In this document: piece after piece, positions 47,445 through 56,407 of the stretch
Numbering within the stretch: the stretch's first letter is position 1
How the letters are laid out: each line of letters opens with the position of its first letter
Sequence record: DRR378314_2472
Length of the DNA: 64,000 nucleotides
Direction: 5' to 3' (one strand)
Notes under the pieces: model-generated
Database searches by the model: none
What the model was told of the DNA's origin: nothing
Seen by the model: the letters and a program-made list of their open reading frames with translations, nothing else
Program-made: the position numbers and the translations under genes

Positions 47445-47843
47445 TCAAGCATAGCTCACAACCTCCCACTCGATGTCGTCATGGTCGTGGAAATAGAAGC
47501 GACTGCCGGGGTCATAGGTCTGGTGGCTGTGGGTGCGATAACCGGCGTCGAGGATCTTCCGCTCGGTCGCGTCCAGATCATCCACCAGAATGCCGAAATG
47601 ATTGACGGCGCCTGTCCGGTAATAGCTTTCCTGTTCCGGCTGGTCCTGTTGGGGCAGGGCATAGAGCGCGATGTAATCCTCGTCCGTGCCGACATGCACC
47701 GTGTAGCCATCATACTTCGCTGGCCCCTCCCAGCGCACTTTCCAGCCGAACAGTTTCGTCAGCATGGACGCGGTTTTCTTCGGGTCGCGAACCGTTACGT
47801 TCACGTGTTCAAACTTGGCAATGCTCATTGTTTTCGACTCCAT
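47445..47843 (-). CDS. VOC/glyoxalase family protein
   Basis: EHVNVTV, NHFGILVDDL and RFYFHDHDDIEWEV. Confidence 0.88.
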   Translation of the reverse strand: MESKTMSIAKFEHVNVTVRDPKKTASMLTKLFGWKVRWEGPAKYDGYTVHVGTDEDYIALYALPQQDQPEQESYYRTGAVNHFGILVDDLDATERKILDAGYRTHSHQTYDPGSRFYFHDHDDIEWEVVSYA

Positions 47844-47881
47844 TTCGTCTTGATCAAATCTCTGATATGGCTGTCGTAATT

Positions 47882-47903
47882 CTTCAACTTAAGTTGAGGT
47901 CAA
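47882..47903 (-). promoter_or_regulatory. SoxR operator within the VOC gene promoter
   Basis: Near-perfect dyad CTTCAACTT/AAGTTGAGG, overlapping a minus-strand -35 TTGACC (47898-47903); divergent soxR adjacent. Confidence 0.88.
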
Positions 47904-47926
47904 GCGCGAAATGGAAGGTTTTTTTC

Positions 47927-48394
47927 ATGGCGGTTCAGACAGGGCTGACGATCGGCGAAGTGGCGGCGCGGACCGGCCTGTCGGTCTCGGCGATCCGGTT
48001 TTATGAAGGACGCGGGCTCGTGCATCCCGAGCGTTCACCGGGTGGTCAGAGGGTTTTCTTGCGGTCGGATATCCGCCGCTTGTCTTTCATCCTGATTGCC
48101 CAGCAGATCGGGCTGACAATTGAGGAGATCGGCCAGCTTCTGTCGTCACTGCCTGACCGACGGACGCCAACGAAGCGGGATTGGACGCGGATCAGTACCG
48201 CCTTCCGGCATTTGCTGGACGAGCGCATAGCGCTGATGGAGCGCACACGGCGGAAGCTGGATGGGTGTATCGGGTGTGGGTGCCTGTCGCTGAAAAAGTG
48301 CCAGCTATACAATCCGGAGGACCGCGCGCGCGGGCTTGGCACCGGGCCTCGTTTCCTGCTGGACGATGTCAGCGTGGTATCGACCGAAGCCTAG
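47927..48394 (+). CDS. soxR: Redox-sensitive transcriptional activator SoxR
   Basis: MerR HTH LTIGEVAARTGLSVSAIRFYE; [2Fe-2S] motif CIGCGCLSLKKC. Confidence 0.96.
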   Translation: MAVQTGLTIGEVAARTGLSVSAIRFYEGRGLVHPERSPGGQRVFLRSDIRRLSFILIAQQIGLTIEEIGQLLSSLPDRRTPTKRDWTRISTAFRHLLDERIALMERTRRKLDGCIGCGCLSLKKCQLYNPEDRARGLGTGPRFLLDDVSVVSTEA

Positions 48395-48804
48395 TCGTTG
48401 CGCGCTGGTGGCTGAGGGAAATAGTGGGTCGCCATGCGGGTCGCAATTTCCTGGCCTTTCACGGCGAAATCCGCTTCCGCTTCAACCGCGCGATTGTCAC
48501 AGGACTGGTAGATGCGGCCAGCGCTGGTGAAGGCTTCGTTGAAAGCCTCGACAAGTGAGCTGCGTACCGCGCCGCGATTGGGCGCTTCATATTTCAACAT
48601 GTCGGACATGTAGCGCCGCCAGTACTGGTCGCCCCGGCCATTGCACTCCACCCGAATGGCGTGCGCGGCGCCCAATGTGGCGGCCAAATCCTTGGCATCA
48701 CGGAAGTAATCCGGCCCGCGCATTGGCAGATCGGACTGCGCCACGCTTGCGCCGCAGAAGGCGAGCGCGCTAAGCAGGAGGACATGAAAACCTGTTTGCT
48801 TCAT
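48391..48804 (-). CDS. TIGR02301 family secreted protein
   Basis: LAATLGAAHAIR..C...DQYWR..M..ML..E, L..AFN..F and C; the start position is uncertain. Confidence 0.75.
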   Translation of the reverse strand: MKQTGFHVLLLSALAFCGASVAQSDLPMRGPDYFRDAKDLAATLGAAHAIRVECNGRGDQYWRRYMSDMLKYEAPNRGAVRSSLVEAFNEAFTSAGRIYQSCDNRAVEAEADFAVKGQEIATRMATHYFPQPPARND

Positions 48805-49776
48805 GCGAAGACTTTTGCGCGCATTCGCGGAAGGCTCAAGGGCCTTGAACACAAGGTCGAGTTCATTGTGATGGACGAAGATGGCCTGTTTTCCCATGCC
48901 GGGGACGGCACTGTGGTGCATGACATCCGCCCGGACATCGTGTTCGGCAATACAGACGTCTGGTTCGGGGATCATGTCCGCGATTTCATGATCGCTATTC
49001 TCAAGACTGGTGGGATTGACTGGTTCCAGTCGTCTGCGGCAGGTCTCGACAATGCTGCATTGATCTCCGTTGGGAAAATTTCGCGGCTCTACACCACGAA
49101 CCACACCCAGTCTGAAGCGATGGCGGAGTGGGCGCTGTGGCAGGCATTCGACTTTCTGAAATGTGGCCCCCAACATCGCGCCCAGCAGGCTGACGGAAAC
49201 TGGAGCCGACTGGAGATGCGCGAGATGATGGGGGCGCGCTGGCTGATCGTCGGGTATGGCTCTATCGGCTCGGCGGTTGGCAAACGCGTGGAGTTGCTTG
49301 GCGGACATGTTACGGGGGCGCGTCGCTCTCCCGGCCCGGCCGAGGGCGCCGATCACATTGTTCCGATGGCGTTGGTTAAAAGTGAGCTGGCGCAGGCGGA
49401 TGTGGTGTTGCTAAGCCTTCCGCTTACGGACGAGACCGAGGGGCTTGTGGACGAAGAATTTCTATCTGCGATGAGACCCGACGCTCTTCTGATGAATTTG
49501 GGCCGTGGACAACTGATTGACGAGGGCGCGCTCGTTGCGGCGCTTGATGCAGGCCGACCCGCATTCGCGGCTGTTGATGTAACAGCTGAGGAGCCGCTGC
49601 CGAAAGACAGCCCGCTCTGGAAGCATCCGAAGATCGCGATCACACCACACAACAGTGCCATGACGCAGGCGACTTACGTTCGCGCCGATGAGACCTTCCT
49701 GGATAATCTCAAGCGGTATCTGGCGGGTGAACCACTCAGGCATCTTGTGCCCTCTGAGACATTCGCGGACTCGTAG
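48784..49776 (+). CDS. D-2-hydroxyacid dehydrogenase family protein
   Basis: RBS AGGAG before ATG 48784; VGYGSIG, LPLTDET, NLGRG, DVTAEEPLP and TPH. Confidence 0.9.
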   Translation: MKTCLLHAKTFARIRGRLKGLEHKVEFIVMDEDGLFSHAGDGTVVHDIRPDIVFGNTDVWFGDHVRDFMIAILKTGGIDWFQSSAAGLDNAALISVGKISRLYTTNHTQSEAMAEWALWQAFDFLKCGPQHRAQQADGNWSRLEMREMMGARWLIVGYGSIGSAVGKRVELLGGHVTGARRSPGPAEGADHIVPMALVKSELAQADVVLLSLPLTDETEGLVDEEFLSAMRPDALLMNLGRGQLIDEGALVAALDAGRPAFAAVDVTAEEPLPKDSPLWKHPKIAITPHNSAMTQATYVRADETFLDNLKRYLAGEPLRHLVPSETFADS

Positions 49777-49779
49777 CGG

Positions 49780-49804
49780 GGAACCCTTGGCGCCGTACCG
49801 CGTT
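49780..49804 (+). promoter_or_regulatory. EcfG/sigmaT-type general stress promoter
   Basis: GGAAC-CCTTGGCGCCGTACCG(16 nt)-CGTT, ending 35 nt upstream of the 49840 start. Confidence 0.7.
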
Positions 49805-49839
49805 TTCCGGAGCAGATATCTGCCTCCGGAGGAATTTTC

Positions 49840-51054
49840 ATGTCATCATACACTCTGCGCTCAATCGTCAGCGCCAGCGCCGCTTCATTGCTGATCGGTT
49901 GCGCGAGTGCCGAACATCATGAGCAAGCACCACAGCCCATAAGCGTCACTGGAACGGCGGGGACGGCTCTGACAGCGACTCCGCTCGAGACGTTTGACAG
50001 TGCGTGGGCGATGACTTTTCTGCCGGACGGGCGTTCGATTGTCTCCGAAAAGGATGGCAATCTGTGGTTGTTGGGAGCAGAAGGCAAAAAGCTCGGAGAA
50101 ATCGCAAATGTGCCATCCGTTACGGCGCGAGGCCAGGGCGGCCTGGGGGATGTAATCGTGCATCCGGACTTCGCCGACAACAACACCGTTTTTCTGTCCT
50201 ATGTCGAGCGCGATGCAGAGGATGACAATTTAAGCGGCGCGGCGGTTGAACGGGCAACGCTCAGTCTCACGGCTGAAGGCGGCGCTCTGGAGAACCGCGA
50301 AGTCATCTGGCGACAAACGCCGAAAATGACGGGCAACGGACACTATGGGCATCGACTGGCTATCGCGCAGGATGGGCATTTGTTCATTGCGTCCGGCGAA
50401 CGCCAGAAATTTACGCCAGCCCAAAACATGGCGATGAATCTGGGCAAGGTTGTACGCATCAATCAGGATGGCTCAATTCCGGAGGATAACCCTTTCTACG
50501 GAAATGGCGCGGTAGCCGACCAGGTCTGGACGCTTGGGCACCGCAATCCGCTCGGCATCACATTTGATGGAGAGCAACGTCTCTGGGTCGTGGAGATGGG
50601 CCCAAAAGGCGGAGACGAATTGAACCTGATCGTGCGATCCGAAAACTATGGCTACCCACAGGTGTCAGAGGGTGATCACTATAGCGGCAAGCCGATCCCG
50701 ACACATGAAAGCAATCCGATATTCGAAGATCCGGCCATCGCCTGGGTTCCGGCCATCAGCCCGGCCGGGTTGGTCTTCTATGACGGAGATATGTTCTCAG
50801 ACTGGAAGGGGAATGCCTTCATAGGTGGCCTGTCTTCACAAGCCTTGATCCGCGTATCATTCGAAACCCAGCCGACGGACAATCTCGGCCAACCACCAAA
50901 AGACGGTCAGACGGAACCGGTGGCGAAGGAAGCGGAACGGTTTGAATGGGGCAAACGGATCCGGGAAGTGGAGCAAGGGCCGGATGGCGCTCTCTATGTC
51001 TTGGAAGACAAGGAGGGCGGACGTCTCATCCGTCTGATGCCTGCAGAGGAATAG
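49840..51054 (+). CDS. PQQ-dependent aldose sugar dehydrogenase (GSDH/YliI family) lipoprotein
   Basis: Lipobox LIGC; WAMTFLPDG, GQGGL, GHRNPLG, GGDELN and RIREVEQGPDG. Confidence 0.92.
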   Translation: MSSYTLRSIVSASAASLLIGCASAEHHEQAPQPISVTGTAGTALTATPLETFDSAWAMTFLPDGRSIVSEKDGNLWLLGAEGKKLGEIANVPSVTARGQGGLGDVIVHPDFADNNTVFLSYVERDAEDDNLSGAAVERATLSLTAEGGALENREVIWRQTPKMTGNGHYGHRLAIAQDGHLFIASGERQKFTPAQNMAMNLGKVVRINQDGSIPEDNPFYGNGAVADQVWTLGHRNPLGITFDGEQRLWVVEMGPKGGDELNLIVRSENYGYPQVSEGDHYSGKPIPTHESNPIFEDPAIAWVPAISPAGLVFYDGDMFSDWKGNAFIGGLSSQALIRVSFETQPTDNLGQPPKDGQTEPVAKEAERFEWGKRIREVEQGPDGALYVLEDKEGGRLIRLMPAEE

Positions 51055-51062
51055 GCAAAACG

Positions 51063-51093
51063 AAAAAGCCGGACCGACCGGGTCCGGCTTTCT
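51063..51093. terminator. Bidirectional intrinsic terminator
   Basis: AAAGCCGGACC-GACCG-GGTCCGGCTTT. Confidence 0.85.
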
Positions 51094-51113
51094 CTCCGAT
51101 AACTTGGCTTTGA

Positions 51114-52097
51114 TCAGGCTGTAGCCTTGGCCTTTAGGGACGATACGCGATCAATGGCCGCCTCGGCGTCGCGCATGATGTCGCCCACGATTTCTGCCAC
51201 TGGCTTCACCTCTTTCACACCGCCTGCTGATTGACCCATCGCGAAACAGGACGTGTCCGGATTGAGTTTCGCTTCATCCGTGATGCCGCCGATGCCGCCG
51301 ATCACACCCGTCTGGTGGGAATGGATTGCCTGATGCGGGAAGGGCTGGATGTCCTCCGGGCGGCCTTCCCAATCCTTGATGTAGTCGTTCGTGCGGCAAC
51401 GCATTGGCTTGCCCGAATAACAACGCGTGCGAGTTGTATCCGTGTCGCCAGCTCCGACCACGGTGTCCTTGTACATCTGAGCGGCATGCGCCTCGGTTGA
51501 GGCGATAAAGCGAGTGCCCATCCAGACGCCACAAGCGCCAAGCGACAAGGCCGCTGCGAGGCCGCGCCCATCATAGATGCCACCGGCCGCGATCACCGGA
51601 ATGTTCACGGCTTCCACGGCTTGCGCGACAAGGGGCATGGTGCCGACGAGGCCCGTGTGTCCCCCGCCTTCGCCGCCCTGCAGGATCACTGCGTCACACC
51701 CAGCCTGTTCGGCCTTGATGGCATGCTTCACGGCCCCGCCGACAACCATGACTTTTACATTGGCTTTCTTAAGCCGCTCCATGATTGGCATGGGCACGCC
51801 AAGTCCTGCGATGAAGCTGTCCGCACCATTGTTGATGATGACATCGACGCTTTCTTCCAGGCTTTCGGGGCTCGCGGCCAGCAGGTCGACGCCGAACGGC
51901 CTGTCGGTCAGTTCGCGAACGCGTTTCATCTGGCCTTCGATAAAGTCTGGTGTGGTGCCCGCCATGCCCAGTACGCCATAGCCGCCCGCATTGCACATGG
52001 CAGCGCAAACCTCCGCATAGGACACGCCGCCCATGCCTGCGAGCATGATCGGATGTTCGATATTGAGCATTTTCGTGAGTGCAGTCTGCAAGGCCAT
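51114..52097 (-). CDS. Nitronate monooxygenase / FabK-like flavoprotein
   Basis: PIMLAGMGG, QGGEGGGHTG, AAGGIYDGRG and MGTRF. Confidence 0.9.
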   Translation of the reverse strand: MALQTALTKMLNIEHPIMLAGMGGVSYAEVCAAMCNAGGYGVLGMAGTTPDFIEGQMKRVRELTDRPFGVDLLAASPESLEESVDVIINNGADSFIAGLGVPMPIMERLKKANVKVMVVGGAVKHAIKAEQAGCDAVILQGGEGGGHTGLVGTMPLVAQAVEAVNIPVIAAGGIYDGRGLAAALSLGACGVWMGTRFIASTEAHAAQMYKDTVVGAGDTDTTRTRCYSGKPMRCRTNDYIKDWEGRPEDIQPFPHQAIHSHQTGVIGGIGGITDEAKLNPDTSCFAMGQSAGGVKEVKPVAEIVGDIMRDAEAAIDRVSSLKAKATA

Positions 52098-52503
52098 GTT
52101 GATGTCTCCCGGATCAGTCTTTTCGGTTTTGAGGGACCGTAAATTGCCGTCCTTGCGTCAACGCAAGGCGGATTGCGCTAGATTGACCGGGCAGGGGCAA
52201 TTACGCGCTGCGACTCATGGCTGATTCGGTCAGCTCCTTCGATTCTGCACAAGATTCGAAGAAATTCTGAGTTTCGCGCGCCAGGCGATAGGAGAAGCGA
52301 ACGCGCAGATCAGGCCAAAACAATGATGAAGAAGTGCCCGAAACCGCCCGAAATTGCCTCAGCAGGGCGCGAAGTCGCACTAATTCGAGAATAATCGTCC
52401 GAACGGGCTGCATTCGCGCCTCAGCTGAAACCATCTTTGCGTCATGGTCGGCAGATGGTAAACCTCTGCCCGGTCATCTTTGGCCTGAAGTAGGGGAAAA
52501 GGT

Positions 52504-52809
52504 ATGAAACAACTCCTGATTATTGGTGCGTCTGCGCTTGTTCTGGCTGCCTGTGCAGCGGAAGAAACGACGGCTCCTGAAGAAACCACGACGGTTGAGT
52601 CCATCGAAGAAGCTGCGGATGACGCTGCTGATGCGGTTGATGAAGCTGTCGACGACGCTGGCGAAGCACTCGAAGAAGCTGGCGACAACGTCGAAGCCGC
52701 TATGGATGATGCTGGCGAAGCTATGGACGACGCCATGTCCGATGCGGAAGAAGCTGCTGAAGACGCTGCAGACGAAGCAGAAGAAGCAACGGAAGAGCCA
52801 ACCGAGTAA
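52504..52809 (+). CDS. Small acidic Ala/Glu/Asp-rich lipoprotein
   Basis: Lipobox LAAC; RBS AGGGG; low-complexity acidic repeats; followed by a strong terminator. Confidence 0.85.
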   Translation: MKQLLIIGASALVLAACAAEETTAPEETTTVESIEEAADDAADAVDEAVDDAGEALEEAGDNVEAAMDDAGEAMDDAMSDAEEAAEDAADEAEEATEEPTE

Positions 52810-52832
52810 TCGGTTTGTCTTGAACACATAAG

Positions 52833-52861
52833 AAAAGGGCTGCCTGCGGGCAGCCCTTTTT
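52833..52861. terminator. Bidirectional intrinsic terminator
   Basis: AAAAGGGCTGCC-TGCG-GGCAGCCCTTTTT. Confidence 0.9.
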
Positions 52862-52883
52862 GTTTGTCGCGTTCAGGTGCGGA

Positions 52884-53669
52884 TCAGAATTTCGCATACC
52901 CCCCATCGACGATCAGCGTGTCGCCGGAATGATACTTCGAGGCGTCTGACGCCAGATAGACGGCGATACCCCCAAAATCCTCCGGTTCTCCCCAACGTCG
53001 GATCGGCACGCGGGAGATGACTTTTGTGTTGAACACTTCGTTCGCTTGGCCACCTTCTGTCATATCTGTAGCAATCCAGCCTGGTAGAATGGAGTTTGCC
53101 CGGATCAGATAGCGACCATACTCAACCGCAATCGCGTTCATCATGGCAATCAGCCCGCCCTTGGTATGGCCGTAAGCCTGATTGCGGCCTGCGCCTTCAA
53201 TACCAGCAAGCGAAGCTGTCCCCACCAGACTGCCGCCCGGGTCGCCGGCTTTGGCACGCTTGACCATCGACTTGGCCGCCTCCCGCAATGTGAGAAAGGC
53301 GCCTTCAGAATTGATGCGTTGATTGTAGCGCCATGTGTCGAGCGTCATGTCGCCAAAATTTGCCGCGCCGCGTCCGACACCGGCATTGGCGATACAGGTG
53401 TCGATGCGGCCAAACTCTTCTTCCGCTTCGGCCATGGCCTTTACGACCTGGTCTTCCTCACCGACATCGACTTGCCAGGCTTTTGCCTTGCCGGTGCCGA
53501 GAGCTTCCAGCTTCTTGACGGCTTCGGCGTTATCGTCTGCCTTGCGGCCCCAGATCACAATATCTGCATTCGATGCGGCCAGCGCTTCAGCCATGCCTAG
53601 GCCAATGCCCTTGTTCCCGCCGGTTATGACGCAGACCTTACCTGCGAGATTGAAAGGTGCATAAGTCAT
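52884..53669 (-). CDS. SDR family oxidoreductase
   Basis: TGGNKGIG, NAG and YGHTK. Confidence 0.92.
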   Translation of the reverse strand: MTYAPFNLAGKVCVITGGNKGIGLGMAEALAASNADIVIWGRKADDNAEAVKKLEALGTGKAKAWQVDVGEEDQVVKAMAEAEEEFGRIDTCIANAGVGRGAANFGDMTLDTWRYNQRINSEGAFLTLREAAKSMVKRAKAGDPGGSLVGTASLAGIEGAGRNQAYGHTKGGLIAMMNAIAVEYGRYLIRANSILPGWIATDMTEGGQANEVFNTKVISRVPIRRWGEPEDFGGIAVYLASDASKYHSGDTLIVDGGYAKF

Positions 53670-53735
53670 CTGGTGTCCTCCGCTATGATTTGTCTGATCA
53701 GCAGATCAAGCGGGTGACGTAGGGGCGGTCAAGTC

Positions 53736-54176
53736 TCAGTTTGGATGGGGGATTGCCTGTCGGGCGGCAAGGATGATGCGGCGGGTCTCTTCCCAAAGGT
53801 CGAGTTGGCTCAGGCGATATGGGCTTATCCATTCGGCATGCGCGGCATCGTCTCCCGCAACAGGTTCGCCCGAGATCCAGACGGCGGCGTAGTCGAAGAG
53901 AAGGTAGTGGCGGGTGACGTCGCCACTTTGGCGTGATCTGAAGATGGCATCGACCACGTCGACCAGAGCAACGATCCGCGCCGTGACGCCAGTTTCTTCT
54001 TTTAGTTCGCGCACGGCGGCGGCGTCAGCGTGTTCTCCGCGCTCGATGCGGCCCCCCGGCAGGGACCACTGGCCCTGAAGTGGTTTGGTTCCACGCTGGA
54101 TCAGCAGAACATCATCGCCTTTGAAACATACTGTGCCCACTGCGGGCATAACCCTATTCAGAGGAGCGTCGCTCAT
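53736..54176 (-). CDS. NUDIX hydrolase
   Basis: Nudix box GGRIERGEHADAAAVRELKEETG; GDDA motif. Confidence 0.92.
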   Translation of the reverse strand: MSDAPLNRVMPAVGTVCFKGDDVLLIQRGTKPLQGQWSLPGGRIERGEHADAAAVRELKEETGVTARIVALVDVVDAIFRSRQSGDVTRHYLLFDYAAVWISGEPVAGDDAAHAEWISPYRLSQLDLWEETRRIILAARQAIPHPN

Positions 54177-55237
54177 GCGCTGATGTGACAGAGCGCGCGA
54201 AGCTCGTCCAACTGGCTTTCAAGGTCGGTCTCGTATCGTGCGAGAGGGTTTCCGGTCCGGCGCTGGATGCGGCTGATCACCGGCATACGCAGGAGGGGGA
54301 TTACGGAGGGTTCCGTGCCGACCAGTTTTGCGGCGCCCAACACGTCTTTCTGTTTCAGCGCTGTCATGACTTTATCGAACACGACCGCGCGTTGAATAGA
54401 CTTTAGCCGGGCAACATGTGCTGCTGTAACTTCTGCATGCGGATTAGGTTGGCGCAGGGCTTCATTGGCCGTATGGGCCAGCGCATCAAGCGATATGGCG
54501 TCGAGCCTGTGCGAAATGGATTGGCCATGCTTGCGATAGAAATACATGACATCTGGGATGCTCATCATGCGCGCGCCTGCTGACAGTAGGCGGACGATAA
54601 GGTCGTAATCTTCCCCGATTCGCATGGATTCGTTGTAGCGGATGTTGTTGGTTTCCAACGATGCCCGCCGGATCAGTGGTTTTGCATAGCCGAGCTTACT
54701 GCCACGCCCATACATCATGTTTGCCTTGATGTACTCACTCTCCATGATGCGAGCCGGGCGCTCACGCAAATCGCCTTCGAACATGGTCGTGATATTTGGC
54801 GGGCCATCAGATTGGAAAATGGCAAGATTGTCGATCAGGATGTCAGCGTTGGCCTCTTCGGCGGCAAACAGCATGCGCTCCAGACGATTGGGAACGATCA
54901 AGTCGTCACTGTCGACAATGGCGATCCAGTCGCCCTTGGCGTCTTCCAGTCCACGATTGCGCACAGGCGCCGGGCCGCCATAACGTGTTCCGCTAACGAT
55001 GCGCAGGCGAGGATCAGTGACAGCAATCTGTTCAGCGATCTTCACGCTGTTGTCGCTGGAGCCGTCATCGACAAGTATCAGTTCGAGTGCGACCTTGGTT
55101 TGGTTCAGCACCGAATGGACTGCGCCAGCGAGGAAGGCCTCACTGTTGTAATTCGCCATGATGACTGAGATCACGGGCTTTGGCGGAATCTCGTACGGCA
55201 TCGCGGATACCTGCTTTTCCAATTGGTTACGGGGCAT
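54173..55237 (-). CDS. Family 2 glycosyltransferase (ExoO/ExoU-like)
   Basis: ISVIMANYN, VDDGSSD, RNRG, VDSDD and GEDY; alternative start at 55201. Confidence 0.9.
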   Translation of the reverse strand: MPRNQLEKQVSAMPYEIPPKPVISVIMANYNSEAFLAGAVHSVLNQTKVALELILVDDGSSDNSVKIAEQIAVTDPRLRIVSGTRYGGPAPVRNRGLEDAKGDWIAIVDSDDLIVPNRLERMLFAAEEANADILIDNLAIFQSDGPPNITTMFEGDLRERPARIMESEYIKANMMYGRGSKLGYAKPLIRRASLETNNIRYNESMRIGEDYDLIVRLLSAGARMMSIPDVMYFYRKHGQSISHRLDAISLDALAHTANEALRQPNPHAEVTAAHVARLKSIQRAVVFDKVMTALKQKDVLGAAKLVGTEPSVIPLLRMPVISRIQRRTGNPLARYETDLESQLDELRALCHISA

Positions 55238-55402
55238 TTTAACGCAAACTCTGTGCCAAAATCGACCAGATTCGACAAAGCCTGCGTTTTCGCGTCACGA
55301 TGGGGAGACCCAGGGCATTTGTGTCATATGTCTGAGCGAACAACGCACTAAGCCAGAAACCGCAATGTGAGTTTCATCAAGACTGAAGACGGGATTTCCA
55401 GA

Positions 55403-56407
55403 ATGGCAAAGCAGACCTCGCGATCCCTCAGCCTCGCCCTGCAAGGTGGCGGCGCACATGGTGCTTACACCTGGGGTGTTCTGGACAGGCTGGTTGAGGA
55501 GGAGTCACTGGAGATTTCTGCGATTACGGCAACTTCGGCTGGGGCCATGAATGCGGTGGCGCTGGCGGCTGGTATGGCGGAAAACCGGGCTCAAGGCGCG
55601 AAGGATACGCTGGAAGCGTTGTGGCGCGGCATTTCCCGCTCGGGCCGCAGCTTGACGCCCTATGGTGCGCTCAGCCCCATCGCCTTCGCTTACGCCAGTG
55701 CGGTACAGAGCCTCGCCAGCCCGTACGATCTCAATCCGTTCAACATCAACCCATTGCGGGATGTCGTGAAGGACGTGATCGACTTTTCGAAAGTGGATGA
55801 TTCCGGCATCCAACTGTTTCTGTCGGCGACTAATGTTGAGTCCGGTCACGTCACTGTTTTCAAGGATGGCGATATCTCGCTCGATACAGTGCTCGCCTCT
55901 GCCTGCTTGCCTCAGACCTTCCAGGCTGTGGAAATTGATGGCGAGGCCTATTGGGATGGCGGATTCATGGGCAACCCGAGCCTGTTTCCGCTTATCTATT
56001 CCGGAGCGCCGCGCGATGTGCTGCTGGTGATGCTGAACCCCATTCGCCGGGATGGCGTTCCGAAGCGGGCTGGCGAGATCCAGGACCGTATGAACGAGAT
56101 CAGCTTCAACGCCGCCTTGATCGGGGAATTGCGTGCCATCGCCTTTGTCCAGCGCCTGCTGGACGACGGCATGCTGAAGGAGCCGATGCTCAAGAAGTAC
56201 CGCCGTCTCAATATTCACGCGATCAAGGGCGGCCAGGATCTTCTGGAGTTCAGTCTGCGTACAAAATATGACACGAGTTGGAGCTTCCTTACAAAGCTGA
56301 AGGAAATGGGCCGCGCCGCAGCTGAAAGCTGGTTGGCAGAGTGTGGGCAAATGATAGGCACCAACCAGACACATCTGGATTTGCGCAAGGAATTCTTTGA
56401 GGGCTAG
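55403..56407 (+). CDS. Patatin-like phospholipase
   Basis: LQGGGAHGA, ATSAG (GxSxG-like) and YWDGG. Confidence 0.92.
   Translation: MAKQTSRSLSLALQGGGAHGAYTWGVLDRLVEEESLEISAITATSAGAMNAVALAAGMAENRAQGAKDTLEALWRGISRSGRSLTPYGALSPIAFAYASAVQSLASPYDLNPFNINPLRDVVKDVIDFSKVDDSGIQLFLSATNVESGHVTVFKDGDISLDTVLASACLPQTFQAVEIDGEAYWDGGFMGNPSLFPLIYSGAPRDVLLVMLNPIRRDGVPKRAGEIQDRMNEISFNAALIGELRAIAFVQRLLDDGMLKEPMLKKYRRLNIHAIKGGQDLLEFSLRTKYDTSWSFLTKLKEMGRAAAESWLAECGQMIGTNQTHLDLRKEFFEG

Noticed and set aside
52201..52434. 77-aa minus-strand ORF in the intergenic gap
   Set aside because: No clear RBS, motif or typical codon pattern; cannot be supported as a gene.
55225..55245. CtrA-like site GTTAC...TTAAC upstream of the GT2 gene
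   Set aside because: Spacing and first half-site do not fit TTAA-N7-TTAA.
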